NCBI GenBank assembly: GCA_026770705.1
Contig: JANJGN010000002.1
Location: forward strand, 45,694,001 to 45,758,000
Direction of reading: 5' to 3'
Origin: Isurus oxyrinchus
Taxonomy: Eukaryota
Length of the DNA stretch: 64,000 nt
Position numbers and translations under genes: made by a program. Under the pieces are notes generated by a model, which did no database searches, was not told the DNA's origin, and saw nothing but the letters and a program-made list of their open reading frames with translations. Of this stretch, positions 1 to 11,206 are shown in pieces. Each line of letters opens with the position of its first letter. Position 1 is the stretch's first letter.

Positions 1-519
1 CAGCTTTAATCTATAACCTACTTGAGCATGTATGGGCTGATAGTTCACCATTCTACTCATTTCCGATAAGATGTCAAACTGTATTCCTGTTTGGTGGTTT
101 AATTGAACATTAAAGATCCCAGCCATTTGATGAAAACTTGTGAGTCCTGGACAACATTCCTCTGTAAACCAACACCAGCAAAAAAAAAAAACAGCTGGAC
201 TGTAGACTAGTCTTTATTTTCATTGCTCCATGTGAGATTTTAGGGCAGAAGTTGGTGCTTTCCTTGGAAGCAGACTGGGAGACAGGGGGCACTGTTTAAT
301 CAGGTGGGAAGGCTTCCAAATTCCAGCACCCCAGCCCCGCACCCAACCCTGATTAAGTCAGGGTCGGGGAAGGTGGAGGTAGAAATTCAGACCAACTGAG
401 TAAGGGCCTCATCTCCCATTTTATTCTTCAGGAGAACTTATTCAAAAATGTAGTTGCCCATACTCACTCATACACTGACCTATACCCTATCAGACCATCT
501 TCTCTAAGATGTACTGCTT

Positions 520-830
520 CTCATCTTGACTTCGAAATTCTTTCTGTGTTCTCAAATTCCTCTTTTGCCTTACTCCGTCCCATTTTATATCAACCAGTTT
601 ACTCCTCTCCTCTCAAATACATGTCTGGTTTCCTCTGTTGCCACCCACCTCTCTGTTTTCAAGAGCCTCCGCAAATCTCTTCTCTTTGATTATGCTTTCA
701 CCTCTATAGCTTCAGCCTATCCATTTTCCCTCCATGCACTGATTTTCCCTTCTTGGTGTAAAATGTTTTGAGATGCCTCCCTGCATGCGAGGAGTGCCAT
801 AGAAATGTTAGTTGCAGTTGTTTGTTGTTG
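520..830 (+). mobile_element. Decayed LINE (L2-like) 3' end fragment
   Basis: Pyrimidine-rich stretch ending in gtaaaatgttttgagatg...gccatagaaatgttagttg(ttg)n; similar tails occur at ~9175-9240 and ~33335-33390. Confidence 0.4.
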
Positions 831-1576
831 GTTCCTAATCAGTTCCTGATGCTTGATACAGTGTGTTACTGCCCTTAAACGGAGGTTCCAGCTTTACACA
901 TTGAATGCATCAAAGTGTTTACAGCTCTTTAGCCTCATTTACTCAACGAGCATTTGAGCAGAGCAGAAACAGCAGGCCGAGTGTAAACCATTGCAAGGTA
1001 AAGGTTAAGGGGGAGTTTTAAAGTAGGTTGTAAACTACATATATTTCAAATTAGAGCATTTTCTATTCATTTAAGAATGGACAAAGTCATTTCCAAGTTG
1101 AATAAAAAAAAACATTTGGTTCAGGTTAAGCAAACAAGAAATTATCTGCAGCCATAGAAAAAACTGCCCTTTGTGTGCTCATATTTCACCTTAACTCTCC
1201 TATCACAAGTTTCCTTAATATTATGTATTTGTTGGCAAGCAGCTGATAGTTCTGCCTTGGGACTCAGCAACAAAGGTAAATGCATAAATAAATTGAAACT
1301 ATTATTTTGGTTTTAGTGATCTTACTGCCTCAGAATCCTCTTGACATTTGTAGGGAGAAAACAATACTTTCGGAGTAATAGTTATGTCAAAACTTCTGCT
1401 TTCTATCATTTTTTCAGTGTACAAATTCAATGGAGAAACAGAAATAATTTTGAGCACATTATTAAAGAGGAATTTTATCTAACAGACATTAAAAATTTGT
1501 AGCAAATCCATTTCCAGAAAGATAAGGACAAAACACCTGAATATCTTTAACCCTAAACAATTTGTCAATACACATT

Positions 1577-3235
1577 GGCCACAAAATTGGGCTTTGCAGT
1601 GCCCATAGTTTTGGCACTACTGGTGCTGTTTTGGCATTTGTGGCATAGGCACTTGTGGCACTTTTTTATGTGGCTCGGGCAGAATGCCATCTTGGCGAGG
1701 ATATTAGCATGGGCATTCGGAGCGTACGCTGGAAGTATGCAGGATTGGTGGATTTTGACATGAGTCAGCATGTGATGCTTATTTGATGCCAGCACCGACA
1801 TCATCAACTGTTCTGCTGCACCTAACACCCTCTCTTAAACAGCTAAACATATATTCATCAGCGTGTGTGACCTCAAACTCTGGAGAGCTGGCAGCTGAGT
1901 AAACCTTTTCCACTGCCATGGCTGCAGGCCACTCGTGCCTGGTGATTCATCCACGTGTCAATCCCGCTTTTATGCCCCTCACTAATATATACGCGGTGCC
2001 AGTGGTTGGACTGGTGGTTACGCGTGTGAGTTGAGCAACGGTGTTTCTCCTTCATCAGTCTTTTGCACTTTAAGCTCTCGCACCAGGTGACATATGTTGG
2101 CTATCCGAAGGAAGAAAGACACAAGGATAGTGTTGAGGGAAGAAGGGAAATGTTAAGGAGTGCATGCTTATACCATCTGCAGCTTGTAAATCAGAAGAGA
2201 TTGCAAATGATGGTGAAGTGGGATGTGAGAAGGTGGTTTAGATAGGAACATATCACCTTGCTCTAGTGTTTTAGCCCCACCTTTAGCCACAGTCACAAAT
2301 GTGGCCACACCAATCATTTCTAGCACATTATCCTCCACCATGATGAGGACATTCAGCTGTGCCTGTCCCCCACTGCATTGGTACATGTGCCTTTGATAAT
2401 GGGCCACCTTGTCCTGAAAAAGAGAGAGTGAAGTGTGTCAGTGAGTGTGGTGCAATGTGTTTGGGTGATCTCCTACTGTAGTTGAATAGCTGGCAGTGTG
2501 TGTAAGCTGTGAGATGTGAATGTGAGACTTAAAGCTATGCTAAGTGATGACGAGGAGATAAAAATGTTTGATTTGTGCCATGCGTGATAGAGACGGTTGG
2601 GAGGCGAGTGAAGGGGGAAGGTGGTAAATTGAGCAGTGTGTGTGGTAGTGTTTCATTTGCGATATGTCAAATGAAGATGCATTCACTGACCTTGACCACT
2701 CGTGTGAGATCTTTAAACTTTCTACAGCACCGGATCCAGGTACAAGGAGCTAGAAATCTGGCATTGACTCTGATAGTTATCTGCTCCCACTGCCTTTGTA
2801 GAGTCTGCTCAGTACCCCCACCAAGGCAAGAGAATCTTTCTCCTCCTGTCTACCTTCACACCAAGGCCTCCAGTGCCGGATCAGAAAACCTTGAGATATG
2901 CTATCTGGTCTCTTGTGCCATTTCCACTCCTCTTTCTGCTCATAATCTCTTCCGTGATTGGTTCCAGCAATTGCTGCTGTCTTAATGCACTTTGCCTTTA
3001 AGGCTGGCTTTAAGTATTGCAGGCTAGCTCTCAGTAGTGTTACTCTTGAACAAACTTGGACCCATTAATGAGTTGTGCAGGAACATGACAGCGTGCTTAG
3101 TGCTGGGTTGCACACTAGTATCATTTAAATTAGCTGACGGCACAAAGTTTGTGAGCAGCTTGCTATGAGCGGATGCTGGTCAAACCATGCATAATGACCC
3201 CACACCCATTTTTCAGCCATATCCAATTTTTCCTT
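1577..3235 (-). mobile_element. Degenerate PIF/Harbinger-derived element retaining only the Myb/SANT-like gene
   Basis: Weak terminal inverted similarity (ggccacaaaattgg ... ccaatttttcc) and an internal Myb/SANT-like pseudogene; no transposase motifs seen; boundaries approximate. Confidence 0.55.
2257..2921 (-). pseudogene. Myb/SANT-like DNA-binding protein pseudogene (Harbinger accessory ORF), two exons
   Basis: Exon 2921-2691 reads MAQETR*HISRFSDPALEALV/.../QRQWEQITIRVNARFLAPCTWIRCCRKFKDLTRVVK then a GTCAGT donor; exon 2413-2257 follows ttttcag and reads DKVAHYQRHMYQCSGGQAQLNVLIMVEDNVLEMIG; has a stop and frameshifts. Confidence 0.75.
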
Positions 3236-3984
3236 CAATTTAGTTGCAGTGATAAACCTCTCTGGCTGAATAATCTGCCACTCAGCATGGTTAACACACT
3301 GTAGTGCTTGGTGAAAGTGAGGTTTAATTGTTGCAAGTTCCTCAGAAAGGCAGCTGCCACTAGCAGCCTTTGGGATTGCTGTTGCCTGCTGTCAGCAATT
3401 TTCTAACTGGAGCTAACAGTTCTCCCTTTATGGCAGCATAAGTGTTTTACCTGAAAAAAAAACAGTTTTAGTTTAAGGAAACAACTCATGTCTTTGCCTT
3501 TTCCATATTTTGGCACTCATACATTAGAAATAACCACCAGTGGTTTGACTAGCAAGTATCCAAGGTCATATATGTGTTAGGTGTACAGCTAATATCAAGC
3601 TCAATGTGTTGAAAAGTTTTATTAGTTTTATGACAGGCTGGTTTACTTTGTCCTTTCAAGGTTCCATGAATAATTGCAAGCTCAGATCCTTCCTTACAGT
3701 TGTGCAGTTTAGTCACTGGATAGGTGTATCTTGACATGCTGCAATTTCAGTTTACTGTTGTTTTTTTTGAATGTGTTGACTTTTGCTCAGAGATAGTCCA
3801 TGACCACTGAAAACTATTCAGGGTCACATCCAAGTGGCCATTTTGCATGTGTGTGTTAAGACAGTGAGCGCTGATGGACTATTCAACTGAAGGCTGTGGG
3901 TGTCAGTGAGAGGACAGCAGTTGGATGGGTTATAGAAGCTGAAGTCTGAATCTGTTCAAACATCATGTCTGCACACAGCACCTT

Positions 3985-4247
3985 TGTAGTCATTATGGTT
4001 TTATTTAGTGTGTCATGTACCTTTAAGAATAATAACTGATAAGAAAGATCACATGATCTGTAGCAACCAATAGGAGAGTAACGTGGGCTAACTCAGCAGA
4101 ATGTAGAGAAAGAGTCGGAGCTGAAAGCACATGTGTAGTAGCTGCTGAGTAAACTGTAAATAAACTTAATGAACTTAAAATAAACCCAAGATGTATCTGC
4201 AGATCGACTCTATTATTAATGGCAACAACTTGGCCACCCTCACAACA
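3985..4247 (+). repeat. 5' LTR of Gypsy element 1
   Basis: Starts tgtagtcattatggttttatttag, ends gccaccctcacaaca; aligns with 7703-7795 and 8165-8240. Confidence 0.88.
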
Positions 4248-4250
4248 AAC

Positions 4251-4263
4251 TGATGATGAGGAT
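4251..4263 (+). promoter_or_regulatory. Primer-binding site, decayed, tRNA-Ser(GCT)-like
   Basis: tgatgatgaggat resembles TGGCGACGAGGAT, the complement of the tRNA-Ser(GCT) 3' end, with transition decay; lies just downstream of the LTR. Confidence 0.6.
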
Positions 4264-4351
4264 AAAATGGGATTTAACAGAAGAAATCAAGTTAGAAAGA
4301 AATCAGCACTGTACCTCGCCCAGTGATGGTAAGTAGCAAGCTCCATTAGAA

Positions 4352-5545
4352 TTGAAGAAGTTAACTTCTCTCAAAGTGCCACAATTTGGGAGAATTGATC
4401 CTTTTGAACCAGCCACAGATGATTGGTCTCATTACATGGTACCCCTCACGTTCTTTTTTCAAGTGAACGAGATTATGGAGGAAGAGAAGAGGCGAGCGAT
4501 CCTCTTAAGTACATGTGGGAGCAAAACCTATAGCTTGATTTGAATTTTGATGGCACCCAGTGCCCCAGATTTGAAAAATTTTGATGAATTGGTGGGCCTC
4601 GTGAAGGGTCATTTCTAACCTAAGCCCTCAGTCATGATGCAGAAGCTCAAGTTTAATTCATAAATAGAGCCCCAGGTGAGACAATTACATGCTATGTGGA
4701 AAATTTGTAGCAGCTAAAAGAACATTGTGAGTTCGGTCTGACTCTAAACAACATGCTCAGAGATCATTTAGGGTGTGGTGTGATTGAGGATCCTATTCAG
4801 AAAAGATTATTGTCTGGAGTGAATTTGGATTTCAAGAAGTCACTAGAGATGGCACTGGCCATGGAAAGCACAGTAAGAAATTCAAAAGCAATGCAGGATG
4901 CATAAAATGGCGCCAGCCTTCATATTGGATATCGGAAACCCCAGCCAAAAAGGGGCGAAAATGCAAGACTCTGCCAAGAAACGGGAAACAGCCCCTGCTA
5001 GCTGAAGAATAAAGAAAAATAACTTAGCAGCAAAATCAAAGAATAATTTTAATACAGGTGGAAACAAGCAGTCTTTTAGCAATTGGCAGTTTAAAAAATC
5101 AAATGCTACTATTATCACAGAAATGGACATATAATGAAGCAGTGCAGGGAAAGATTCAAACAGGAATGTAAACAAAAGAAGAATCCCAATGAAATCTACA
5201 ATGTAGAAGAGTCTGGAACAACAAATTTAGGCATTTACTTGCTGTTTAATCTGAAGAACCAATATTTGTCACTGTGAAAGTAAATGGCAAACTTGTTAGA
5301 ATGGAAGTGGACACAGGAGCTTCCACTACAGTAATTGGGAAACATACCTTCAGATATCTGAATAATGGGGAACATCAATTAAGTTTAGAAGAAACAGCTG
5401 TCCAACTAAAAACATTCATGGGGAAAGACATTTCAAGTAAAGGGCATAAGCATTATGGAAACCAATCAGCAAAGTTACCAGTGTGAGGCAGAGGACCAAG
5501 CCTTCTAGCCGAAACTGGCTAAGGAAAATCAACCTTGATTGACCA
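4352..5545 (+). pseudogene. gag plus aspartic protease of Gypsy element 1 (disrupted)
   Basis: GRIDPFEPATDDWSHY...KRRAILLSTCGSKTYSLI gag motif; decayed zinc knuckle CYYYHRNGHIMKQC at ~5104-5145; protease MEVDTGAS; GRGPSLL/RNWL tail; many stops. Confidence 0.88.
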
Positions 5546-6148
5546 ATGAGATTCCAAAAAGCAGCTGAAAGCATTCCTGTTTTGAAAAAGGAATGTGTTA
5601 GGACTCAACAGCTTGAAGAAATGCAGGCTGTCTTAAGCCAAAACCTGGAAGAACAACAGAAGAAACTCAAAGAGACCCTGCTTGATGACAGAGTTCGAGA
5701 TGAGGTGAACAACCTTCGATGGGAAAAAGAGAATCTGTTGAAAGACCTTCAGACAATACAAGATTCTCTCAGTCAAAGTTTGTACCTCTGGAAAAGTATG
5801 AAGAAAAACAAAGAATTCAGCAATTCTCTGAATAAACTGAAGAATGAGTTGGCAGAGAAGACACAACAACGCTCAACTTTCCAGGAGGCAGCAAACAAAT
5901 ACAAAAGAGAGATGGAAGAGCTGAAGACTCAGCTAAATGAATTCAAAGAGGCTTTGGAAGTAAAAGCCATAGAATTTTCCACGAAGCAGACAGATAATGA
6001 CATTTTGGGAGACCCAGCCACTGAGCTCAGACAAGTTGAGCTGGCATCTGAGAGAAGTCTGGCCAATAGTGAAGTCAAAAAGAAAGCCGAGAATAAAGTC
6101 TGTGCTAGAAAGAAGAAGACATGTAGAAAGAAGATACAGAAATACTAA
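5546..6148 (+). CDS. Open 200-codon K/E/Q/L-rich predicted coiled-coil segment occupying the RT/RNase H position of the Gypsy pol
   Basis: Uninterrupted ORF with heptad-like leucines and no RT motifs; in frame with upstream RNWLRKINLD* protease tail, so the ATG may not be a real start. Confidence 0.55.
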   Translation: MRFQKAAESIPVLKKECVRTQQLEEMQAVLSQNLEEQQKKLKETLLDDRVRDEVNNLRWEKENLLKDLQTIQDSLSQSLYLWKSMKKNKEFSNSLNKLKNELAEKTQQRSTFQEAANKYKREMEELKTQLNEFKEALEVKAIEFSTKQTDNDILGDPATELRQVELASERSLANSEVKKKAENKVCARKKKTCRKKIQKY

Positions 6149-7330
6149 TAGGGCCTTAATTCTGGCAGCATATAAGTACACTTTCGTACATAGGCCTGGA
6201 AATCAAATTGCAAACGCCGATGCCCTTAGTCGTTTGCCTTTACAAGAAAATGATGAGCATGTCCCAGTTCCACAGGAACTTGTTTTACTCTTAGATTCCT
6301 CGTCAGTATGCGCTTGACAGAACAGAGACTGGACAAGCCGGGACCCACTCCTATCTCAAGTACGACAGCAAGTGCTGCATGGTTGGTCACAGGAGCCCGA
6401 ATCTGATGAAATGAAACCGTACTTCAACGGAAGACATGAAATAATCACCTAGCATGGCATCTTATTGTGGGGAGCACGAGTGATAGTTCCTCCAAAGGAA
6501 AGGGAACCACTTTTAATTGAACTACACAGTGCCCATCCAGGAATTTTCCGAATGAAGACCATAGCATGCTGCTATCTATGGTGGCCTGGGATGGATGGCA
6601 AAATAGAGAGTTTAGTAAAGCACTGTGTGCAATGCCAGCAACTGCAAAAGTTGCCAACGACAGCTCTGTTACACCCTTGGGAGTGGCCAGGAAGACCATG
6701 TGTGAGGTTACACATTGACTACGTGGATCTTTCCTGTGAACTATGTTTCTGCTTATTGTCGATGCTCATTCAAAATGGTTGGACATATATGAGGTGACAT
6801 CACCAACGTTGGCTGCTACAATTGAGAAACCACGTCAAAGTTTTGCCATTCACAGATTACCAGAAGTAGTTGTTTCCAATAATGGCACAGCCTTTACGAG
6901 TGCTGACTTTCAGTGGTTTATCAGCCTCAACCTTATCACTCATGTAAAAACTGCATTGTACCACCCTTCCTCAAATGGACTGGCCGAAAGGGCGGGTCAA
7001 ATGTTCAAGGCAGGCATGAGAAAGCTAAATGACAATTCCTTAGCAACCAAGCTAGCACGCTTTCTTTTTCATTTCAGGACTACCCCTCACAACAACAGGT
7101 CTCACATCTGTGGAGTTATTATTGAAACGCCATCTTAGGACAAATTTGAGCTTAATAATGCCAAATTTAGGGGGGAAGGTGGAAAGGAGTCAGGGAAGCC
7201 AGAAAGCTAGACACGAGTAGCAAAGTCATGAGAGGAGATTTACCATGGGAGAGATGGTATACTTGAAGAACTTTGGAGAAGGAACAAAGTAGTTACCGGG
7301 TGAAATAAGTCCGGTAACTGGACCTCTATC
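6140..7330 (+). pseudogene. RNase H C-terminal tail plus integrase of Gypsy element 1 (frameshifted)
   Basis: ALILAAYKYTFVHRPG..IANADALSRLP; H2C2 LHSAHPG...CVQCQ; core RLHIDY, VDAHSKW, VSNNGTAF, YHPSSNGLAER. Confidence 0.93.
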
Positions 7331-7702
7331 TTACCACGTAGAGGTGGAAGGCCAGATCATCCAGAAACATGTGAACCATTTAAGGAAGAGAGAGGCAAAT
7401 CACCAAGAGTTGGTTCCACCAGTGATCATGACCAGGTCTGCATTTCAACCCAGGACTGACATGTCTGATGTTCCTGTAAGAGTTGAGGATACAGAACTGC
7501 AAGTGCTCACTGAGACACCAGATGTTCAGACAACTCCGGAAAAGGAGGTTCCTGACAAAGTGTGGAGCTGTGACATTCCACATGTATCAGGAAACCACCT
7601 GAAAGACTGAACTTGTAAATTCCTTACTCAGTGTAAATATTATGTTGTCTTGAAAAATTTGTACTTGTAAATATATATATAGCCGAGTTAAAGGAGGAGG
7701 AA

Positions 7703-8240
7703 TGTAATAATTATTGTTTTATTTAGCGTGTAATGTACTTTTAAGAATAATGCCAGTTAGAGAAGATCGCATGATCTGCAATCACCAATAGGAGGCACAC
7801 GAGATGGGATATGTTAATAAGAAACACATAAAGTTTATTAATTTTTTAAAAAACGGACATGAAACTTCATCCCGCCATTGGATGAAGTTTCATGAATAAT
7901 CAGGAGCCCGCTGGGGCTCCTGGTCTACCCGCCAGCCTTAAGCTTGGACGGGCAGGGTCTTTAACAAGGTTAGTTATCCTGTCAGTGGCTTTTATTGGCC
8001 ATTGACAGGTTGGCAGTGGACAGCTGATTTTGCTGTCTGCCCGCCTTCCTGAAGATTTAAATGGACCGAGATGACATTGGGGGTTCCTCCTGATGTCATC
8101 CCGTGTCATTTTCCCCTCGGCGAGTGAGCCCCGCCCCCAAATTGCTGAGGGGAAAATCCTGGCCTTAATGTTTCCACCCAAGAAGTATCTGCAGTTCAAC
8201 TATATTATCAATAGTAGCAACTCAGCCACCCTCACAATCA
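7703..8240 (+). repeat. 3' LTR of Gypsy element 1, interrupted by a MITE fragment
   Basis: 7703-7795 and 8165-8240 match the two ends of the 5' LTR. Confidence 0.85.
7795..8164. mobile_element. Partial Harbinger-type MITE
   Basis: Ends in aaaatcctggcc TIR; shares catgaaacttcatcc and ccttaag motifs with the MITE at 26390-26993. Confidence 0.75.
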
Positions 8241-8439
8241 CCTTCTGGCTGAGTTAAAGTAGGTAGTGGCAGAAGTGGAAATTTGCCTGAGTTTTATTTC
8301 TTTCCCTTCCCCATTTAAGGATGTTAAGAGTGACTGCTGCTACACTCAGCCCGGCTAAGACAAGCAAACCTGCTCGAACCTTGGTCTATATGGCTCAATA
8401 CACGGTGGTCGTTTCAGTTACCCAGTAAGACAAAAGGAA

Positions 8440-8670
8440 CAAAACAGAAAATGCTGGGAAGACTCAGCAGTTCTAACAGCATCTGTGGAAAGAAAAACAG
8501 AGCTAACGTTTCGAGTCCATATGGCTCTTTTTCAGTATTCTGAAGAAGAGTCATATGGACTTGAAACTTTAATTCTGTTTTTTTCTCCACAGATGCTGTT
8601 AGACCTGCTGAGTTTTTCCAGCATTTTCTATTTATGTTTCAGATTTCCAGCATCCGCAGTATTTTGCTTT
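8440..8670. mobile_element. Fold-back element built from two inverted Penelope-like termini
   Basis: Arms aaaacagaaaatgctgg...ttcag and ctgaa...ccagcattttc are reverse complements around tatt (8536-8539); homologous to the terminus at 40860-40980. Confidence 0.8.
8533..8577 (+). ncRNA. Minimal type I hammerhead ribozyme relic
   Basis: CUGAAGA, stem II gagtc/gactt, GAAAC, helix I cagtatt/aattctg; an antisense copy at 8508-8535 has CUGAAAA...GAAACGUU; both carry substitutions. Confidence 0.6.
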
Positions 8671-9669
8671 AATCTAACACCAAAGCAACATTCAGTCTTA
8701 CTTCAATTGTCCGCTTCATCATTTACATTTTTGTTAAATCGGTGCTGATCAAGAGGAAGGACACCAATGCCAACATTTAACAAAATCAAGAGTGAGAAAA
8801 GGCCATTTGGACAATGAAAATCTGTGCAATTATTCTATCATGGATTTCCTCCCACATCTGATCCCTTACTTTAGGAAGAGCAAAGCTCTCTCCCCAACTG
8901 GTATATTTCAACTGTCAGCTTTTTATGCCAGCTTGTCAGTGTTTTACATGAAAAATGAGTTTACCCGCAGATTGGAGGCTGTCAGTATCAGCTAAGCAGA
9001 TTGGAAGGGCATAAAGATAGAACGGCAGATCAGCTGAGTCAGTGTAAAGAGAAAGGACAGGGGATGCTGTGTCAGTGGACACTTTTCATCAGAATGGACT
9101 GAAAGCTGCTAGAAGCAATCCATCAGCCACCACATGTAACAACAGTTACTGCCAGTGAAAAGTAACTCGCTGATTGTGGAGCATTTTGAGATAGCTTGAG
9201 GGCATGAAAGGAGTTATATAAATATAATATTGTTATTGATGGTTATATTTAGTTGTCAGCTTTTTAGGGGGCTCTGCCAGTTTTATTTTTGAAGCGGTTG
9301 CCCAGGTTTTGTCAGTTTTCTCTGTTGCATGTCCACCTACCCCTTTTGAAAAGAAAATGAAATACTGTCCCATTCTTTTTGTGCCCAGTGTTGAAATCAA
9401 CCTCCCCAAGGTTAAGTGTAACACAGCTCAGTTGGAATGGAATGAACACCCGGGTGGGTTCTATAAAAGGTGGCTGAACCACTCAGCTAGATTTCTGCCC
9501 CAGCAGTGAAAATGAAAATCTTCCCCATGATACTATTTATTCATTGAAGGCCTGAAAAGCTATCACTAAACTTGAAAAGAACAGGAAAAGAAGTCAAGGT
9601 AGATTGCAAGGTAATAGTTAGGTGATGTCAAAGCTGAAGTTTAAAAGCCTGAAGAATGTGAGTGGAGGG

Positions 9670-9775
9670 AGGCAGGCAGGAAAGTGGAGTTAAGGCCACA
9701 ATCAGATCAGCCAAGATCTCATTGGCTGGATGGGCTGAATGGTCTACTCCTGCTCCTATTTATTATGATCTTATG
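9670..9775 (+). mobile_element. CR1 LINE 3' end fragment
   Basis: cagatcagcc...gctgaatggtctactcctgctcctatt tail, as at 18815-18900. Confidence 0.75.
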
Positions 9776-9809
9776 AAATGGAAGCTTTAGGGATATGCAC
9801 AAGAGGAGA

Positions 9810-10153
9810 CATTGGCATAGCAAGGATGCCACTGGACTAGTAATCCAGAGACTTGGAGTAATGCTTTGGGGACGCAGGTTCAAATCCAACCATGGCAGCG
9901 GGTGGAATTTAAATTCACTTAACAAAAAAACCCAAAAATTTGGAGTTGAAAGCTAGTCTCAGCAACATGAAGTAGCCATGAAACCATTGTTCATTGATGT
10001 AAAAATCCAGCTGGTTCACAAATGCCCTTTACTGCCATCCTCACCTGATCTGACATATGTGACTCCAGACCCATAGCAATGTGGGGGTTGACTTTTAACT
10101 GCTTTTTGAAATGATCTAGCATGCAAGTAGGGGTGGAAGACAAATGCTGGCCC
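9810..10153 (+). mobile_element. tRNA-derived SINE (family A)
   Basis: ggactagtaatccagag head, B box ggttcaaatcc; body matches copies at 10862, 49372 and 61405. Confidence 0.8.
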
Positions 10154-10861
10154 CAGGGCCTTGGAGAGAGGGGTGCAGATGGTACTAATCACTGGGGACC
10201 TTGCCTTTAGGGGACACCTTGGTCACAGACAACATTGTTGAGGGACTAGACTGGGGCAGGACCTCAGGACTTAGAGAGTAGTTTGGGAGGGGAAGAGCCT
10301 TGGGTCATGGTCATTGGAACTGTTGAGAGGAGTTTTACTTTTGAGTTCTGCTACTAGCCCCTCCAACATGAATTTTATCTTAATTCTTTCTGCAGGTTAG
10401 TTTTTCATTGGCTTGATTTAATTATAACACAAAGCAATGAAAGTGAGTTCTGGGTTCCCGATGTTCACACTTCTATCCCATAATATGCACCATTCTCCTG
10501 TTCTGCTGGTGAGGTGGGTTGATGGAGGTATATTTGGATTAGTGTAGCTATGCTTACATTTTTAAATGAAATAATTTTTGTGAAGCATGAAAAATAAAAT
10601 ACAAACTACATCTATCTGCTGAACTTAAAAATGAATGAGTAAATGAGAGAGAGATGTGCAATCCGCATTAAAGTGGGATACTCATTTTCCTGAACAATCA
10701 CAGATTCCAAGTCAAACATTTCCATTATCAGTCCCATTAATGGGCTTTCACAGAGCTGTAGACTGGGGCTGGGGGCAGGGGTAAATCTCCGGCTCCAATA
10801 GGTGGACTGGCTGTTGGTAAATTGGGAAATTTCTACCAGTGGCCATCAAAACAGTGTTATT

Positions 10862-11206
10862 GGGAGCCAATGGTGTAGTGGTATTGTCACTGGACTAGTA
10901 ATCCAGAGACACAAGGTCATGCTCTGGGGGCCTGGGTTTGAATCCTGCCATGGCAGATGGTGGAATTTAAATTCAATAGAAATCTGGAATTAAAAGTCTA
11001 ATGATGACCATGAAACCATTGTCGATTGTTGTAAAAACCCATCTGGCTCACTAATGTCATTTAGGGAAGGAAATCTGCTGTCCTTATCTGGTCTGTGACT
11101 TCAGACCCATGGCAATGTAATTGACTCTTAAATGTCCTCTGAAGAAAGGCAATAAATGCTTACCTCGCCAGTGATGCCAACATCCCATGAACGAATAAAA
11201 AAAAAA
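10862..11206 (+). mobile_element. tRNA-derived SINE (family A)
   Basis: A box tggtgtagtgg, B box gggtttgaatcc, LINE-like tail catcccatgaacgaat and poly(A). Confidence 0.88.

Larger units (their letters stand above)
3985..8240 (+). mobile_element. Gypsy (Mag-like) LTR retrotransposon, degenerate, lacking RT
   Basis: Two related LTRs (TG...CA); 4 bp TSD CCTT at 3981-3984 and 8241-8244; PBS; PPT aaaggaggaggaa before 7703; gag, protease and integrase motifs. Confidence 0.92.

Noticed and set aside
10862-10950. tRNA gene
   Set aside because: The A and B boxes are the head of a multicopy SINE and continue into SINE body and tail.
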